In this document: in pieces, positions 21,953-30,468 of the stretch | Position numbering within the stretch: the stretch's first letter is position 1 | Layout: each line of letters starts with the position of its first letter | NCBI GenBank assembly: GCA_964597235.1 | Contig: CAZQXQ010000001.1 | Coordinates: 1 to 62,419, forward strand | DNA length: 62,419 nucleotides | Direction of reading: 5' to 3' | Origin: an uncultured Burkholderiaceae bacterium | Lineage (GTDB): Bacteria; Pseudomonadota; Gammaproteobacteria; Burkholderiales; Burkholderiaceae_C | Program-made: the position numbers and the translations under genes | Notes under the pieces: model-generated | What the model was told of the DNA's origin: nothing | Databases searched by the model: none | What the model saw: the letters and a program-made list of their open reading frames with translations, nothing else

Positions 21953-23080
21953 ATGAAAGTGCTGATCACCGGCGCCAACGGCTTCGTCGGCAAAAACCTG
22001 CAACTGCACCTGTCCGAGCGCAAGGACATCGACGTGGTGTGCTTTACCCGAGCCCAATCGGTGCAGGACTTGCCCGACCTGCTGCAGGGCGTGGACTGCG
22101 TGTTTCACCTGGCAGGCATCAACCGCCCGCAAGACCCGGCGGAATTTGTGACCGGCAACACCGACCTGACCCAGGCGCTATCCGATGCGGTGGCCGATAT
22201 GGCGGTGCGCACGGGCAAGAAGGTGCCGGTGGTCTATACCTCGTCCACCCAGGCAGAGCGCGACAATCCGTACGGCCAAAGCAAGCGGGCGGCAGAAGAC
22301 GCCCTGTTTGCGCTGCAGCGCACGCACGGGGTGCCGGTGCATGTGTTTCGCCTGCCCAATGTGTTTGGCAAGTGGTGCAAGCCCAACTACAACTCGGCGG
22401 TGGCCACGTTCTGCCACCACATCGCCCGCGATTTGCCCATTACCGTCAACGACCCGGCGGCGCCGGTCACGCTGGTGTATGTGGACGATGTGATTGCGCG
22501 CTTTGTGCACATCATGGACGGCGCCGATGCTGCGTTGGATGCCCAGGGCTTTGCCACCGTGGCGCCGCAATACACCACCACCGTGGGCGAACTGGCGCAC
22601 ACCATCCAATCGTTCAAGGACAGCCGCCAAACGCTAATGACCGAGCGCGTGGGCACGGGGTTCATGCGCGCGCTGTACGCCACCTACGTGAGTTATTTGC
22701 CGGTGGAGGCCTTTACCTACACCGTGCCCATGTACGGCGACCCACGCGGGGTGTTTGCCGAAATGCTCAAGACGCCCGACTGCGGTCAGTTCAGCTATTT
22801 CACGGCGCACCCGGGCATTACGCGCGGCGGCCACTACCACCACACCAAGACTGAGAAGTTTTTGGTGATCAAGGGCGAGGCCCGTTTCAAGTTCCGCCAC
22901 ATGCAAACCGGCGAAACCCATGAATTGGTCACCCGTGGCGACAAGGCCGAAATCGTCGAAACCGTGCCCGGCTGGACGCACGACATCACCAACATTGGCC
23001 AGGACGAAATGGTGGTGATGCTGTGGGCCAACGAGGTGTTTGACCGCCAGCGCCCCGACACCTTTGCCTGCCCTTTGTGA
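21953..23080 (+). CDS. fnlB: FnlB/CapF-type reductase/epimerase (SDR domain + C-terminal cupin)
   Basis: 375 aa. MKVLITGANGFVGKNL SDR N-terminus. C-terminal cupin-like part (GITRGGHYHHTKTEKFLVIKGEARF...PGWTHDITNIG). Sits between fnlA and fnlC. Confidence 0.85.
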   Translation: MKVLITGANGFVGKNLQLHLSERKDIDVVCFTRAQSVQDLPDLLQGVDCVFHLAGINRPQDPAEFVTGNTDLTQALSDAVADMAVRTGKKVPVVYTSSTQAERDNPYGQSKRAAEDALFALQRTHGVPVHVFRLPNVFGKWCKPNYNSAVATFCHHIARDLPITVNDPAAPVTLVYVDDVIARFVHIMDGADAALDAQGFATVAPQYTTTVGELAHTIQSFKDSRQTLMTERVGTGFMRALYATYVSYLPVEAFTYTVPMYGDPRGVFAEMLKTPDCGQFSYFTAHPGITRGGHYHHTKTEKFLVIKGEARFKFRHMQTGETHELVTRGDKAEIVETVPGWTHDITNIGQDEMVVMLWANEVFDRQRPDTFACPL

Positions 23081-23110
23081 GCGCAAAGAAGCCAAAAAAC
23101 TAAAAAGACC

Positions 23111-24253
23111 ATGAAAAAACTCAAAGTCATGACCGTGGTGGGCACCCGGCCCGAAATCATTCGCCTGTCGCGCGTGCTGCCCTTGCTGGACGTGCATTGC
23201 GAGCATGTGCTGGTGCACACCGGCCAGAACTACGACTACGAATTGAACCAGGTCTTTTTTGATGACCTGGGGCTGCGCAAGCCAGACCACTTTTTGAATG
23301 CCGCCGTGGGCAGCGCGGCAGAAACCATCGGCAACATCATCGCCAAGATGGATGGCCTGCTGCTGGCCGAAAAGCCCGAGGCCATGCTGGTGCTGGGCGA
23401 CACCAACAGCTGCCTGAGCGTGATTCCAGCCAAGCGCCGCAAGGTGCCGATTTTTCACATGGAGGCCGGCAACCGCTGCTTTGACATGCGGGTGCCCGAA
23501 GAAATCAACCGCCGCATCGTGGACCACACGGCGGACATCAACCTGACCTACAGCACCATCGCCCGCGACTACCTTCTGCGCGAAGGCCTGCCGCCCGACC
23601 AGGTCATCAAGACCGGCAGCCCCATGTTTGAGGTGCTGACCCACTACCGCCCGCAGATCGATGCCTCGGATGTGCTGCAGCGCATGGGCCTGACCAAAGA
23701 TGGCTACTTTGTGGTGAGCGCCCATCGCGAAGAAAACATCGAGAGCGAGCGCAGCTTTACCAAGCTGGTGGCCGTGCTGAACGCGGTGGCCGAAGACCAC
23801 GGTCTGCCCGTGGTGGTCAGCACCCACCCGCGCACGCAAAAGCGCATTGATGCGACCGGGGCGCAGTTTCATCCGCTTGTGCGGCTGATGAAGCCGATGG
23901 GCTTTCATGACTACAACCATCTGCAGCTGCACGCGCGGGCGGTGCTGTCGGACAGCGGCACGATCAATGAAGAAGCCAGCATCCTGAACTTCCCGGCGCT
24001 GAACCTGCGCGAAGCCCACGAGCGCCCCGAAGGCATGGAAGAAGCCGCTGCCATGATGGTTGGCCTGGAAGTGGATCGGGTGCGCCAGGGCCTGGCCATT
24101 TTGGCCACCCAGCCACGCGGCAACGACCGCAGCGACCCGCACGGTATTCGCCCCGTTTACGACTACAGCATGCCCAACGTAAGCGACAAGGTGCTGCGCA
24201 TCGTTCACAGCTACACCGATTACGTGAATCGCGTGGTGTGGAGGAAGTATTGA
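23111..24253 (+). CDS. fnlC: UDP-N-acetylglucosamine 2-epimerase, non-hydrolysing (FnlC/CapG/WbjD)
   Basis: 380 aa. MTVVGTRPEIIRLSRV, LVHTGQNYDYELNQVFF, LVLGDTNS, HMEAGNRCFD, SDSGTINEEASIL motifs. Confidence 0.92.
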   Translation: MKKLKVMTVVGTRPEIIRLSRVLPLLDVHCEHVLVHTGQNYDYELNQVFFDDLGLRKPDHFLNAAVGSAAETIGNIIAKMDGLLLAEKPEAMLVLGDTNSCLSVIPAKRRKVPIFHMEAGNRCFDMRVPEEINRRIVDHTADINLTYSTIARDYLLREGLPPDQVIKTGSPMFEVLTHYRPQIDASDVLQRMGLTKDGYFVVSAHREENIESERSFTKLVAVLNAVAEDHGLPVVVSTHPRTQKRIDATGAQFHPLVRLMKPMGFHDYNHLQLHARAVLSDSGTINEEASILNFPALNLREAHERPEGMEEAAAMMVGLEVDRVRQGLAILATQPRGNDRSDPHGIRPVYDYSMPNVSDKVLRIVHSYTDYVNRVVWRKY

Positions 24254-24272
24254 AAGCCGGGACTGCCACGCC

Positions 24273-25505
24273 ATGAAAAAGCCCCGCGTCTTGCTGTTGA
24301 CCCAGTGGTTTGACCCCGAGCCTACCTTTAAGGGCTTGGTGTTTGCCCGTGAGCTGGTCCGCCAGGGGTTTGAGGTGGAGGTGCTGACGGGCTTCCCCAA
24401 TTACCCGGGGGGCAAGGTGTACCCGGGCTACCGCATCCAGTGGCTGCAGCGCGAGGTGATCGATGGCGTACAGGTCACCCGGGTGCCGCTGTACCCTAAC
24501 CATGACCAATCGGCCCTCAAGCGGGTGCTGAACTACGCGAGCTTTGCGGCCTCGGCCACGATTTATGGTGTGTTCATGGCCAAGCGGGCCGATGTCATGT
24601 ATGCCTACCACCCGCCCTTGACGGTGGGCATGGCGGCGGCGCTGATCAAGCTGTTTCGGCGCATTCCTGTCGTTTACGACATTCAGGACATGTGGCCCGA
24701 CACCCTGCGGGCCACCGGCATGCTGAACAACCCGAAGGCGCTGGACCTGGTGGCGCGCGTGTGCCGCTGGGTCTATCGCCGCATGGACCACATCGTGGTG
24801 CTGTCGCCAGGGTTCAAACGCCTGTTGCTGGAAAGAGGCGTGCCCGAATCCATGCTGAGCGTGATCTACAACTGGGCGGACGAGGCATCCTTGGGTGCGC
24901 CCGTGGGACAGGTGCCTGCCGCCTTCCCGGGGGGCGACCAGTTCCGCATTCTGTTTGCCGGCAACATGGGCAAGGCCCAGGCCTTGGACACGGTGCTGGA
25001 TGCCGCCAGCTTGCTGCAAGCGCGCGGCAGCCGGGTGTGCTGGGTGATGTTGGGCGGCGGTGTGGAGGTGGAGCGGCTCAAGGCCGAAACCGCAAAACGG
25101 CAGCTGGCCAATGTGGTGTTTTTGCCCGCTGTGCCCATGGCCGAGGTGGGTGCCTATCTGAATGCCGCCGATGCCTTGTTGGTGCACCTGCGCAAAGACC
25201 CGCTGTTTGAAATCACCATCCCCTCGAAAACCCAGGCCTATATGACCGTGGGCAAGCCGCTGCTGATGGCGGTGGATGGCGATGCCGCAGACCTGGTGCG
25301 CCAATCCGGCGGTGGCGTGGTAGCCGAATCCGAAAACCCCGAAGCCCTGGCCCGCGCCGCCGAGCAGCTGGCAGCCATGCCTACGGAGGCCTTGGGCACC
25401 ATGGGCGACAAGGCCCAGCGCTTTTACCGCGAGCATTTGGCCCTGGCCGAGGGCGTGCGCAAGTTCGGTGAAATTTTTAAGCGAAATTCGCCTCCATCTC
25501 AATAA
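24273..25505 (+). CDS. wbuB: GT4 glycosyltransferase, WbuB-like (L-FucNAc transferase candidate)
   Basis: 410 aa. VLLLTQWFDPEPTFKGLVFARELVRQGFEVEVLTGFPNYPGGKVYPGY is the typical WbuB/WbjE N-terminus. Lies directly after fnlC. Confidence 0.75.
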   Translation: MKKPRVLLLTQWFDPEPTFKGLVFARELVRQGFEVEVLTGFPNYPGGKVYPGYRIQWLQREVIDGVQVTRVPLYPNHDQSALKRVLNYASFAASATIYGVFMAKRADVMYAYHPPLTVGMAAALIKLFRRIPVVYDIQDMWPDTLRATGMLNNPKALDLVARVCRWVYRRMDHIVVLSPGFKRLLLERGVPESMLSVIYNWADEASLGAPVGQVPAAFPGGDQFRILFAGNMGKAQALDTVLDAASLLQARGSRVCWVMLGGGVEVERLKAETAKRQLANVVFLPAVPMAEVGAYLNAADALLVHLRKDPLFEITIPSKTQAYMTVGKPLLMAVDGDAADLVRQSGGGVVAESENPEALARAAEQLAAMPTEALGTMGDKAQRFYREHLALAEGVRKFGEIFKRNSPPSQ

Positions 25506-25537
25506 ATACCAGCGCTACTAGCTATCAAATTGATACC
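25500..25537. repeat. short interspersed repeat, copy A
   Basis: caataaataccagcgctactagctatcaaattgatacc shares the core caatNaataccagcgNt and the (t)agctatc...ttgata tail with copies at 30043, 34041 and 41129. Confidence 0.45.
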
Positions 25538-25590
25538 AATATGTTCCTAAAAACCCGCGTTCAACCCCTGCAAGCCACAAGGTCCGCCCC

Positions 25591-26202
25591 ATGAAACGGC
25601 TGTTCGACATCGTCGTGTCCGCTGGTGCCCTGCTGGTGCTGGCCCTGCCCCTGTTGGTCGTGGTGTGGATGGTGCGCCGCAAGCTGGGCAGCCCAGTGTT
25701 CTTCACCCAGGTGCGCCCGGGCATGCACGGCAAGCCCTTCAAGATGGTCAAGTTCCGCAGCATGACCAGCGAGCGCGGCCCGGATGGCGAGCTGCTGCCC
25801 GACGCCGTGCGCCTGACGCCGTTTGGCCGCTTTTTGCGCTCCACCAGCCTGGACGAACTGCCCGAGCTGTGGAACGTGCTCAAGGGCGACATGAGCTTGG
25901 TCGGGCCGCGCCCGCTGCTGATGGAATACCTGCCGCTCTACAGCCCCGAGCAAGCCCGCCGCCACGAGGTGCGCCCCGGCATCACCGGGTGGGCCCAGGT
26001 CAATGGCCGCAACGCCATCAGTTGGGAAGACAAATTCAAGCTGGACGTGTGGTACGTGGACCACCGCAGCCTGTGGCTGGACATCAGGATTCTGTGGCTC
26101 ACCGTCAAAAAGGTGCTGGTGCGCGAGGGCATCAGCGCAGCGGGCGAGGCAACGATGGGGAAGTTCACCGGCTCGGGCCCCCACACCAGCGCTGGCAATT
26201 GA
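25591..26202 (+). CDS. undecaprenyl-phosphate sugar-1-phosphate transferase (small PglC-type 'bacterial sugar transferase')
   Basis: 203 aa. MKRLFDIVVSAGALLVLALPLL re-entrant helix, KFRSM, DELPELWNVLKGDMSLVGPRP, RPGITGWAQV motifs. Confidence 0.9.
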   Translation: MKRLFDIVVSAGALLVLALPLLVVVWMVRRKLGSPVFFTQVRPGMHGKPFKMVKFRSMTSERGPDGELLPDAVRLTPFGRFLRSTSLDELPELWNVLKGDMSLVGPRPLLMEYLPLYSPEQARRHEVRPGITGWAQVNGRNAISWEDKFKLDVWYVDHRSLWLDIRILWLTVKKVLVREGISAAGEATMGKFTGSGPHTSAGN

Positions 26203-26639
26203 TGTCACGAAAGCCAACCATGCAGGAAACCATTAACTCCCACTTACCTGACGAGATTCGCGACCCACTGCGGGAGGTGCTGGCGCGCTTTCCGGAGATC
26301 GGCTTGGCGGTGTTGTTTGGCTCGGTGGCGGCAGGTACCGCGCGGGCCGACAGTGACCTTGACTTGGCGGTTGCCGGGCCCAGGCCTTTGACCGTGCCCG
26401 AAAAAATCGCATTGATTCAAGCCCTCGCTGAAAAAACGGGCCGACCGATTGACTTGATTGACCTGCATACCGTGGCAGAACCCTTGCTGGGGCAAATCGT
26501 GCGGCATGGTCAGCGCGTGCAAGGGAGCAGCGCAGCGTTTGCGTACTGGGTCAATCGGCACCTGATTGAGCAAGCAGACTTTATGCCCTACAGGAACCGG
26601 ATACTTGCAGAAAGGCGGTTGGCATGGATCGGGAAGTAA
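26202..26639 (+). CDS. nucleotidyltransferase-domain antitoxin (MntA-like), pair 2
   Basis: Last 146 codons of ORF 25665..26639. ATG 26202 shares one nt with the transferase TGA. NTase motif FGSVAAGTARADSDLDLAV. A 16-nt overlap with the downstream HepT gene. Confidence 0.85.
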   Translation: MSRKPTMQETINSHLPDEIRDPLREVLARFPEIGLAVLFGSVAAGTARADSDLDLAVAGPRPLTVPEKIALIQALAEKTGRPIDLIDLHTVAEPLLGQIVRHGQRVQGSSAAFAYWVNRHLIEQADFMPYRNRILAERRLAWIGK

Positions 26640-27061
26640 TAGACCAAAAGCTGGAGTCTCTGCGCCGTTGTTTGCAACGCATCCAAAGCAAATGCCCAGA
26701 GCAGGCAGAACAACTGGTGGCGGATTTCGACCTGCAAGACATTGTTGCGCTCAATTTGAGTCGGGCAGTGCAGCTTTCGGTGGACATTGGAGCGCACCTC
26801 ATTGCCCAGTTGGAGGTGCCGCCGCCTGGCACGATGGGGCAGACTTTTGAGTTGCTCGCTGAACAAGGCGTTTTGGACGGGGAGTTGGCCCAAAAGCTCA
26901 AAAAGGCCGTCGGTTTCCGCAACATCGCCGTGCATAACTACGAAGCCATCAATTGGCATGTGGTGCACAGCATTGCGCACCTGCACCTGAATGATTTTTC
27001 TGACTTTGCTCGGGCCGTGCTCGATTGGGTTGGAAAGTCAAGGAGGACCAGCAAACCATGA
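26624..27061 (+). CDS. HepT-like (DUF86, HEPN) toxin, pair 2
   Basis: 145 aa. Rx4HxY motif RNIAVHNY. TGA overlaps the ATG of the next gene (ATGA). Confidence 0.88.
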   Translation: MDREVIDQKLESLRRCLQRIQSKCPEQAEQLVADFDLQDIVALNLSRAVQLSVDIGAHLIAQLEVPPPGTMGQTFELLAEQGVLDGELAQKLKKAVGFRNIAVHNYEAINWHVVHSIAHLHLNDFSDFARAVLDWVGKSRRTSKP

Positions 27062-27714
27062 AACGATTTGCCATTTTTGGTGCCAGCGGCTTTGGCCGCG
27101 AAGTGTTGCCGCTGGCCCGCCAGCAACTGGCCAATCTGGCCGAGCCCTACGAACTGGTGTTGGTCGATGACCACCCGCCCGCACCCACCTGCAACGGCCA
27201 TGCGGTCTTGACCTATGCCGACTGGCTGGCCCAGCCGGCCAGCAGCCGCCACATCAACATTGCGATTGCCAACAGCCCTGTGCGCGAAAAGCTGGTGCAG
27301 CGTTGCCAGGCCGATGGCGTGCAGTTCTTTGACGTGCGCGCCGCCAACGTGGTGCAGCTGGACGAGGTGCAGTTGGGGGAGGGCGCCATCCTGTGCCCCT
27401 TTGTCACGCTGACGAGCAACATCCGCATTGGCCGCCATTTCCACGCCAACTTGTACAGCTACGTCGCGCACGACTGCGTGATTGGCGATTTCGTCACCTT
27501 TGCCCCGGGCGTGAAGTGCAACGGCAACATCGTGGTGGAGGACCATGCCTACATCGGCACGGGCGCGGTCATCAAGCAAGGCAAGCCGGGCGAGCCCTTG
27601 GTGATTGGCCGGGGCGCCACGGTGGGCATGGGCGCGGTGGTCACCAAAAGCGTGCCGCCCGGTGCCACGGTGGTGGGCAACCCGGCGCGGCCTTTGGTCA
27701 AGGCGGCGCCCTGA
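27058..27714 (+). CDS. NeuD/PglD-family hexapeptide N-acetyltransferase
   Basis: ATG 27058 (MKRFAIFGASGFGREVLPLAR: Rossmann-like N-domain), then LbH repeats (IGDFVTFAPGVKCNGNIVVEDHAYIGTGAVI...IGRGATVGMGAVVTKSVPPGATVVGNPAR). Confidence 0.85.
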   Translation: MKRFAIFGASGFGREVLPLARQQLANLAEPYELVLVDDHPPAPTCNGHAVLTYADWLAQPASSRHINIAIANSPVREKLVQRCQADGVQFFDVRAANVVQLDEVQLGEGAILCPFVTLTSNIRIGRHFHANLYSYVAHDCVIGDFVTFAPGVKCNGNIVVEDHAYIGTGAVIKQGKPGEPLVIGRGATVGMGAVVTKSVPPGATVVGNPARPLVKAAP

Positions 27715-27728
27715 ACGGTGGATAGGCC

Positions 27729-28139
27729 ATGACGCTTGCACTGAAGTTCGGTTTTTTTGCCGCGCTCGTCCTCACCCTGCTGGCTTTGCTGCTGCCCGCA
27801 CCGCAGGTGCTGGCCGCCAAGGTGTGGGTGGCGTCGTGGCTGCCGGGGGCGGCTTGGCTGGATCAGGCCAATCTCACCCACCACGGCGACAAATGGACGC
27901 ACGCGCTGCTGTTCACCACCCTGGGCTGGTTCGCCATGGGAGCCTGGCGGTCCCGCAACAAGCGCCAGCGCCTGGCCTGGAGCCTGCTGGGCCTGGCCGT
28001 AGTCACCGAGGTGCTCCAAGCCTGGGTACCCGGCCGCAGCCCCAGCCTGGCCGACGCCATCGCCGACGCCCTGGGCCTGGCCGTGGGGGCTGGACTGGGG
28101 TGGTGGGCGTTTAGCCATGCCCCGGCCCGCGCAATTTGA
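27729..28139 (+). CDS. VanZ-like small membrane protein
   Basis: 136 aa, four hydrophobic segments, HHGDKWTHALLF motif typical of the VanZ family. Confidence 0.65.
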   Translation: MTLALKFGFFAALVLTLLALLLPAPQVLAAKVWVASWLPGAAWLDQANLTHHGDKWTHALLFTTLGWFAMGAWRSRNKRQRLAWSLLGLAVVTEVLQAWVPGRSPSLADAIADALGLAVGAGLGWWAFSHAPARAI

Positions 28140-28159
28140 ATTACGAAAGAAAAGAAGAC

Positions 28160-29386
28160 ATGTTGAACACCGCTTTCTCCCCCTGGCCCCGTTTCACCGC
28201 CGAAGAGGCCACCGCCGTGCAGCAGGTGCTGCTGTCCAACAAGGTCAATTACTGGACGGGCACCGAGTGCCGCGCCTTTGAAAAGGAATTTGCCGCCTGG
28301 GCTGGCGTGCCCTACGCCGTGGCGCTGGGCAACGGCACCCTGGCGCTGGACGTGGCCTTGCAGGCGCTGGGCATTGGCCCGGGGGACGAGGTGGTGGTCA
28401 CGCCGCGCACCTTCATTGCCTCGGTGTCTTGCGTGGTCAATGCCGGGGCCGTCCCGGTGTTTGCCGAGGTGGATGCCGACAGCGGCAACATCACCGCCGA
28501 CACGATTTCCGCCGTGCTGACCCCGCGCACCAAGGCGGTCATTTGCGTGCACCTGGCCGGCTGGCCCTGCGACATGGATCCCATCATGGCGCTGGCCAAT
28601 CAGCACGGGCTGAAGGTGATTGAAGACTGCGCCCAGGCGCACGGCGCGCGTTACAAGGGCCGCAGCGTGGGCAGCATTGGCCATGTGGGCGCCTGGAGTT
28701 TTTGCCAGGACAAGATCATGACCACGGGCGGGGAGGGCGGCATGGTCACCACCAACGACGAGGCCCTGTGGCGCGCCATGTGGTCGTTCAAGGACCACGG
28801 CAAGAGCTACGCGGCGGTCTATGAGCGCGAGCACCCGCCCGGTTTCCGCTGGCTGCACGAGAGCTTTGGCACCAACTGGCGCATGCTGGAAATGCAGGCC
28901 GCCATTGGCCGCATCCAATTGCGGCAGATGCCGGCTTGGACGGCGGCCCGCATTGCCAACGCCGCCGTGCTGGCCCAGGCTTTGGTCCCATTCGCTGGCC
29001 CGCAGGGCGTGGTGCGCTTGCCGCAATTCGCTTGCGGCCGCAGCTGCCCGGCGGCAGGCACCTGCAACGCCGGCTGTGTGCACGCCCAGTACAAGGCCTA
29101 CGCCTACGTGCGCCCTGAAAACCTGGCCTCCGGCTGGAGCCGCGACCGCATCGTCCAGGAAATCAACGCCCTGGGCGTGCCCTGCTACCAGGGCAGCTGC
29201 TCGGAGGTCTATCTGGAAAAGGCCTTCGACAACACCGGCTGGCGCCCCGACCCCGCCCTGCCCGTGGCCAAGGCCCTGGGCGAAACCAGCCTGATGTGGC
29301 TGGTCCACCCCACGCTGACCGCTGCCGAGATGGCCAAAACCGCCGAGGTGACAGCGCAGGTGCTGGGGCAGGCGAGTGGGGGGTGA
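28160..29386 (+). CDS. DegT/DnrJ/EryC1-family PLP-dependent sugar aminotransferase (PglE-like)
   Basis: ATG 28160 (MLNTAFSPWPRF...). VNYWTG, GNGTLALDVAL, IEDCAQAHGA and SFCQDKIMTTGEGG (PLP-Lys context) motifs. 408 aa. Confidence 0.9.
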   Translation: MLNTAFSPWPRFTAEEATAVQQVLLSNKVNYWTGTECRAFEKEFAAWAGVPYAVALGNGTLALDVALQALGIGPGDEVVVTPRTFIASVSCVVNAGAVPVFAEVDADSGNITADTISAVLTPRTKAVICVHLAGWPCDMDPIMALANQHGLKVIEDCAQAHGARYKGRSVGSIGHVGAWSFCQDKIMTTGGEGGMVTTNDEALWRAMWSFKDHGKSYAAVYEREHPPGFRWLHESFGTNWRMLEMQAAIGRIQLRQMPAWTAARIANAAVLAQALVPFAGPQGVVRLPQFACGRSCPAAGTCNAGCVHAQYKAYAYVRPENLASGWSRDRIVQEINALGVPCYQGSCSEVYLEKAFDNTGWRPDPALPVAKALGETSLMWLVHPTLTAAEMAKTAEVTAQVLGQASGG

Positions 29387-29438
29387 GGGGGAAAACCGGG
29401 GTCAGCCCGGGACATGCACCGAAAGGAGCGAACCATTG

Positions 29439-29623
29439 ATGACCAAGCCAACGAAGGCAGCATTGAAGGCCCTCCCGAAGTTCGACAGCGAAGCAGCCGA
29501 ACAGGCATATCGGGAGTCGCACGATTCCACCTCGATCCCATCAATTCCGCCGCCAATTCGCGCGATGTCCCTTATCAGTCGCTAATCAAAGTTTGGTTGC
29601 AAGAAAAGGTGCACAACCATTGA
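29439..29623 (+). pseudogene. BrnA-type (CopG-like) antitoxin relic with internal deletion/frameshift
   Basis: Frame 0 reads MTKPTKAALKALPKFDSEAAEQAYRESHDST. Another frame reads ...RFHLDPINSAANSRDVPYQSLIKVWLQEKV. The N- and C-terminal BrnA signatures are joined out of frame over the same nucleotides (~29515-29540). No BrnT partner is present. Confidence 0.6.
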
Positions 29624-29716
29624 GGACGCTATTTTTATGGTCCAAACTGGGGCTGGGTCAATGAATACCCCAACGACCCCGTCGTCCCTTTATCAACCCT
29701 TTCAACGGAGCGTGCA

Positions 29717-29935
29717 ATGAACACCATTACTTTGGAGCCCGGCAAGCGGGGCGGCAGGCCCTGTATCCGCGGGCTGAGAATTTCGGTGTACGACGTGCTG
29801 TCCATGCTGTCCAGCGGCATGTCGCAGCAAGAGGTGCTCGATGACTTTCCCGAATTGACCCGGGAAGACATCCTGGCTGTGTTGGCCTATGCAGCAGACC
29901 GCGAGCACCAGGTCTATTCGCTCAAAGTGCAATGA
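29717..29935 (+). CDS. DUF433-domain protein (antitoxin-like HTH)
   Basis: 72 aa. LEPGKRGGRPCIRGLRISVYDVLSMLSSGMSQQEVLDDFPELTREDILAVLAYA is the DUF433 signature. The stop overlaps the ATG (ATGA) of a 22-codon stub at 29932-30000, where a DUF5615/PIN-like partner would normally lie. Confidence 0.8.
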   Translation: MNTITLEPGKRGGRPCIRGLRISVYDVLSMLSSGMSQQEVLDDFPELTREDILAVLAYAADREHQVYSLKVQ

Positions 29936-30042
29936 GCAAGGAGGCCATCGTGGATGCCCTGGAAGTGCGTGGCATGGCCTCCGTGGGGTTGATTGCATAG
30001 GACTTGGCAAAAAGATGAAACGCATTTTTGTCAAAACCGGGG

Positions 30043-30083
30043 TTAGGCCAATGAATACGGGCGGCAATAGCTATCTTAATGAG
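30043..30083. repeat. short interspersed repeat, copy B
   Basis: ttaggccaatgaatacgggcggcaatagctatcttaatgag. Compare taggccaatcaataccagcggt at 34052 and agctatc...t(t)gat tails at 25520 and 41166. Confidence 0.4.
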
Positions 30084-30129
30084 AGCGTTTGCACGGATTC
30101 AGACACCTGCAAGACACGGAGACTTGGGT

Positions 30130-30468
30130 ATGAAACACATCGACCGTGAGACGGAAGAAGCCGTTCGGCAGTTCCTGGCCTTGACTGGCAGCCGCTATGA
30201 CATCGCAGGCGCCATCGTGTACGGCAGCCGTGCCCGTGGCACCCACCGCCCGGACAGCGACGCCGATGTCGCCGTGCTGTTGCGTGGAGAGCACCAGCGC
30301 TTTCTGACGGTCAAGCTGGACATGGCAGACATCGCATTCGACGTGCTGCTGGACACGGGCATCCTGATTTCGCCCCTCCCCATCTGGCTGGACGAATGGG
30401 AGCACCCGGAGCACTACTGCAATCCAGCCCTGCTGCGCAACATCGAGCGGGAAGGGGTTCGGCTATGA
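30130..30468 (+). CDS. nucleotidyltransferase-domain protein (antitoxin-like), pair 3
   Basis: ATG 30130 (MKHIDRETEE...). NTase motif YGSRARGTHRPDSDADVAVLL. ATGA overlap with the HEPN gene. Confidence 0.85.
   Translation: MKHIDRETEEAVRQFLALTGSRYDIAGAIVYGSRARGTHRPDSDADVAVLLRGEHQRFLTVKLDMADIAFDVLLDTGILISPLPIWLDEWEHPEHYCNPALLRNIEREGVRL

Noticed and set aside
22634-25502. Two long antisense ORFs (22634..24400 and 23964..25502, minus strand) across fnlB/fnlC/wbuB
   Set aside because: Low-complexity translations (runs of H, G, A, Q). They overlap three strongly supported plus-strand genes, so they are a GC-bias artefact.
25665-26201. 5' two-thirds of the 324-aa ORF 25665..26639
   Set aside because: It is an out-of-frame read through the sugar-transferase gene (Pro/Arg/Gly-rich). 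Only the last 146 codons, from ATG 26202, form the MntA-like protein.
28990-29060. Cys-rich segment (CGRSCPAAGTCNAGC) inside the DegT aminotransferase as a possible inserted metal-binding motif
   Set aside because: It may simply be a subfamily-specific loop before the conserved HA(Q)YK region. It cannot be judged without an alignment, so it is not reported as a finding.
27863-29308. 481-aa antisense ORF opposite VanZ/DegT
   Set aside because: Same reasoning. The plus-strand DegT motifs, including the PLP-lysine context, are unambiguous.
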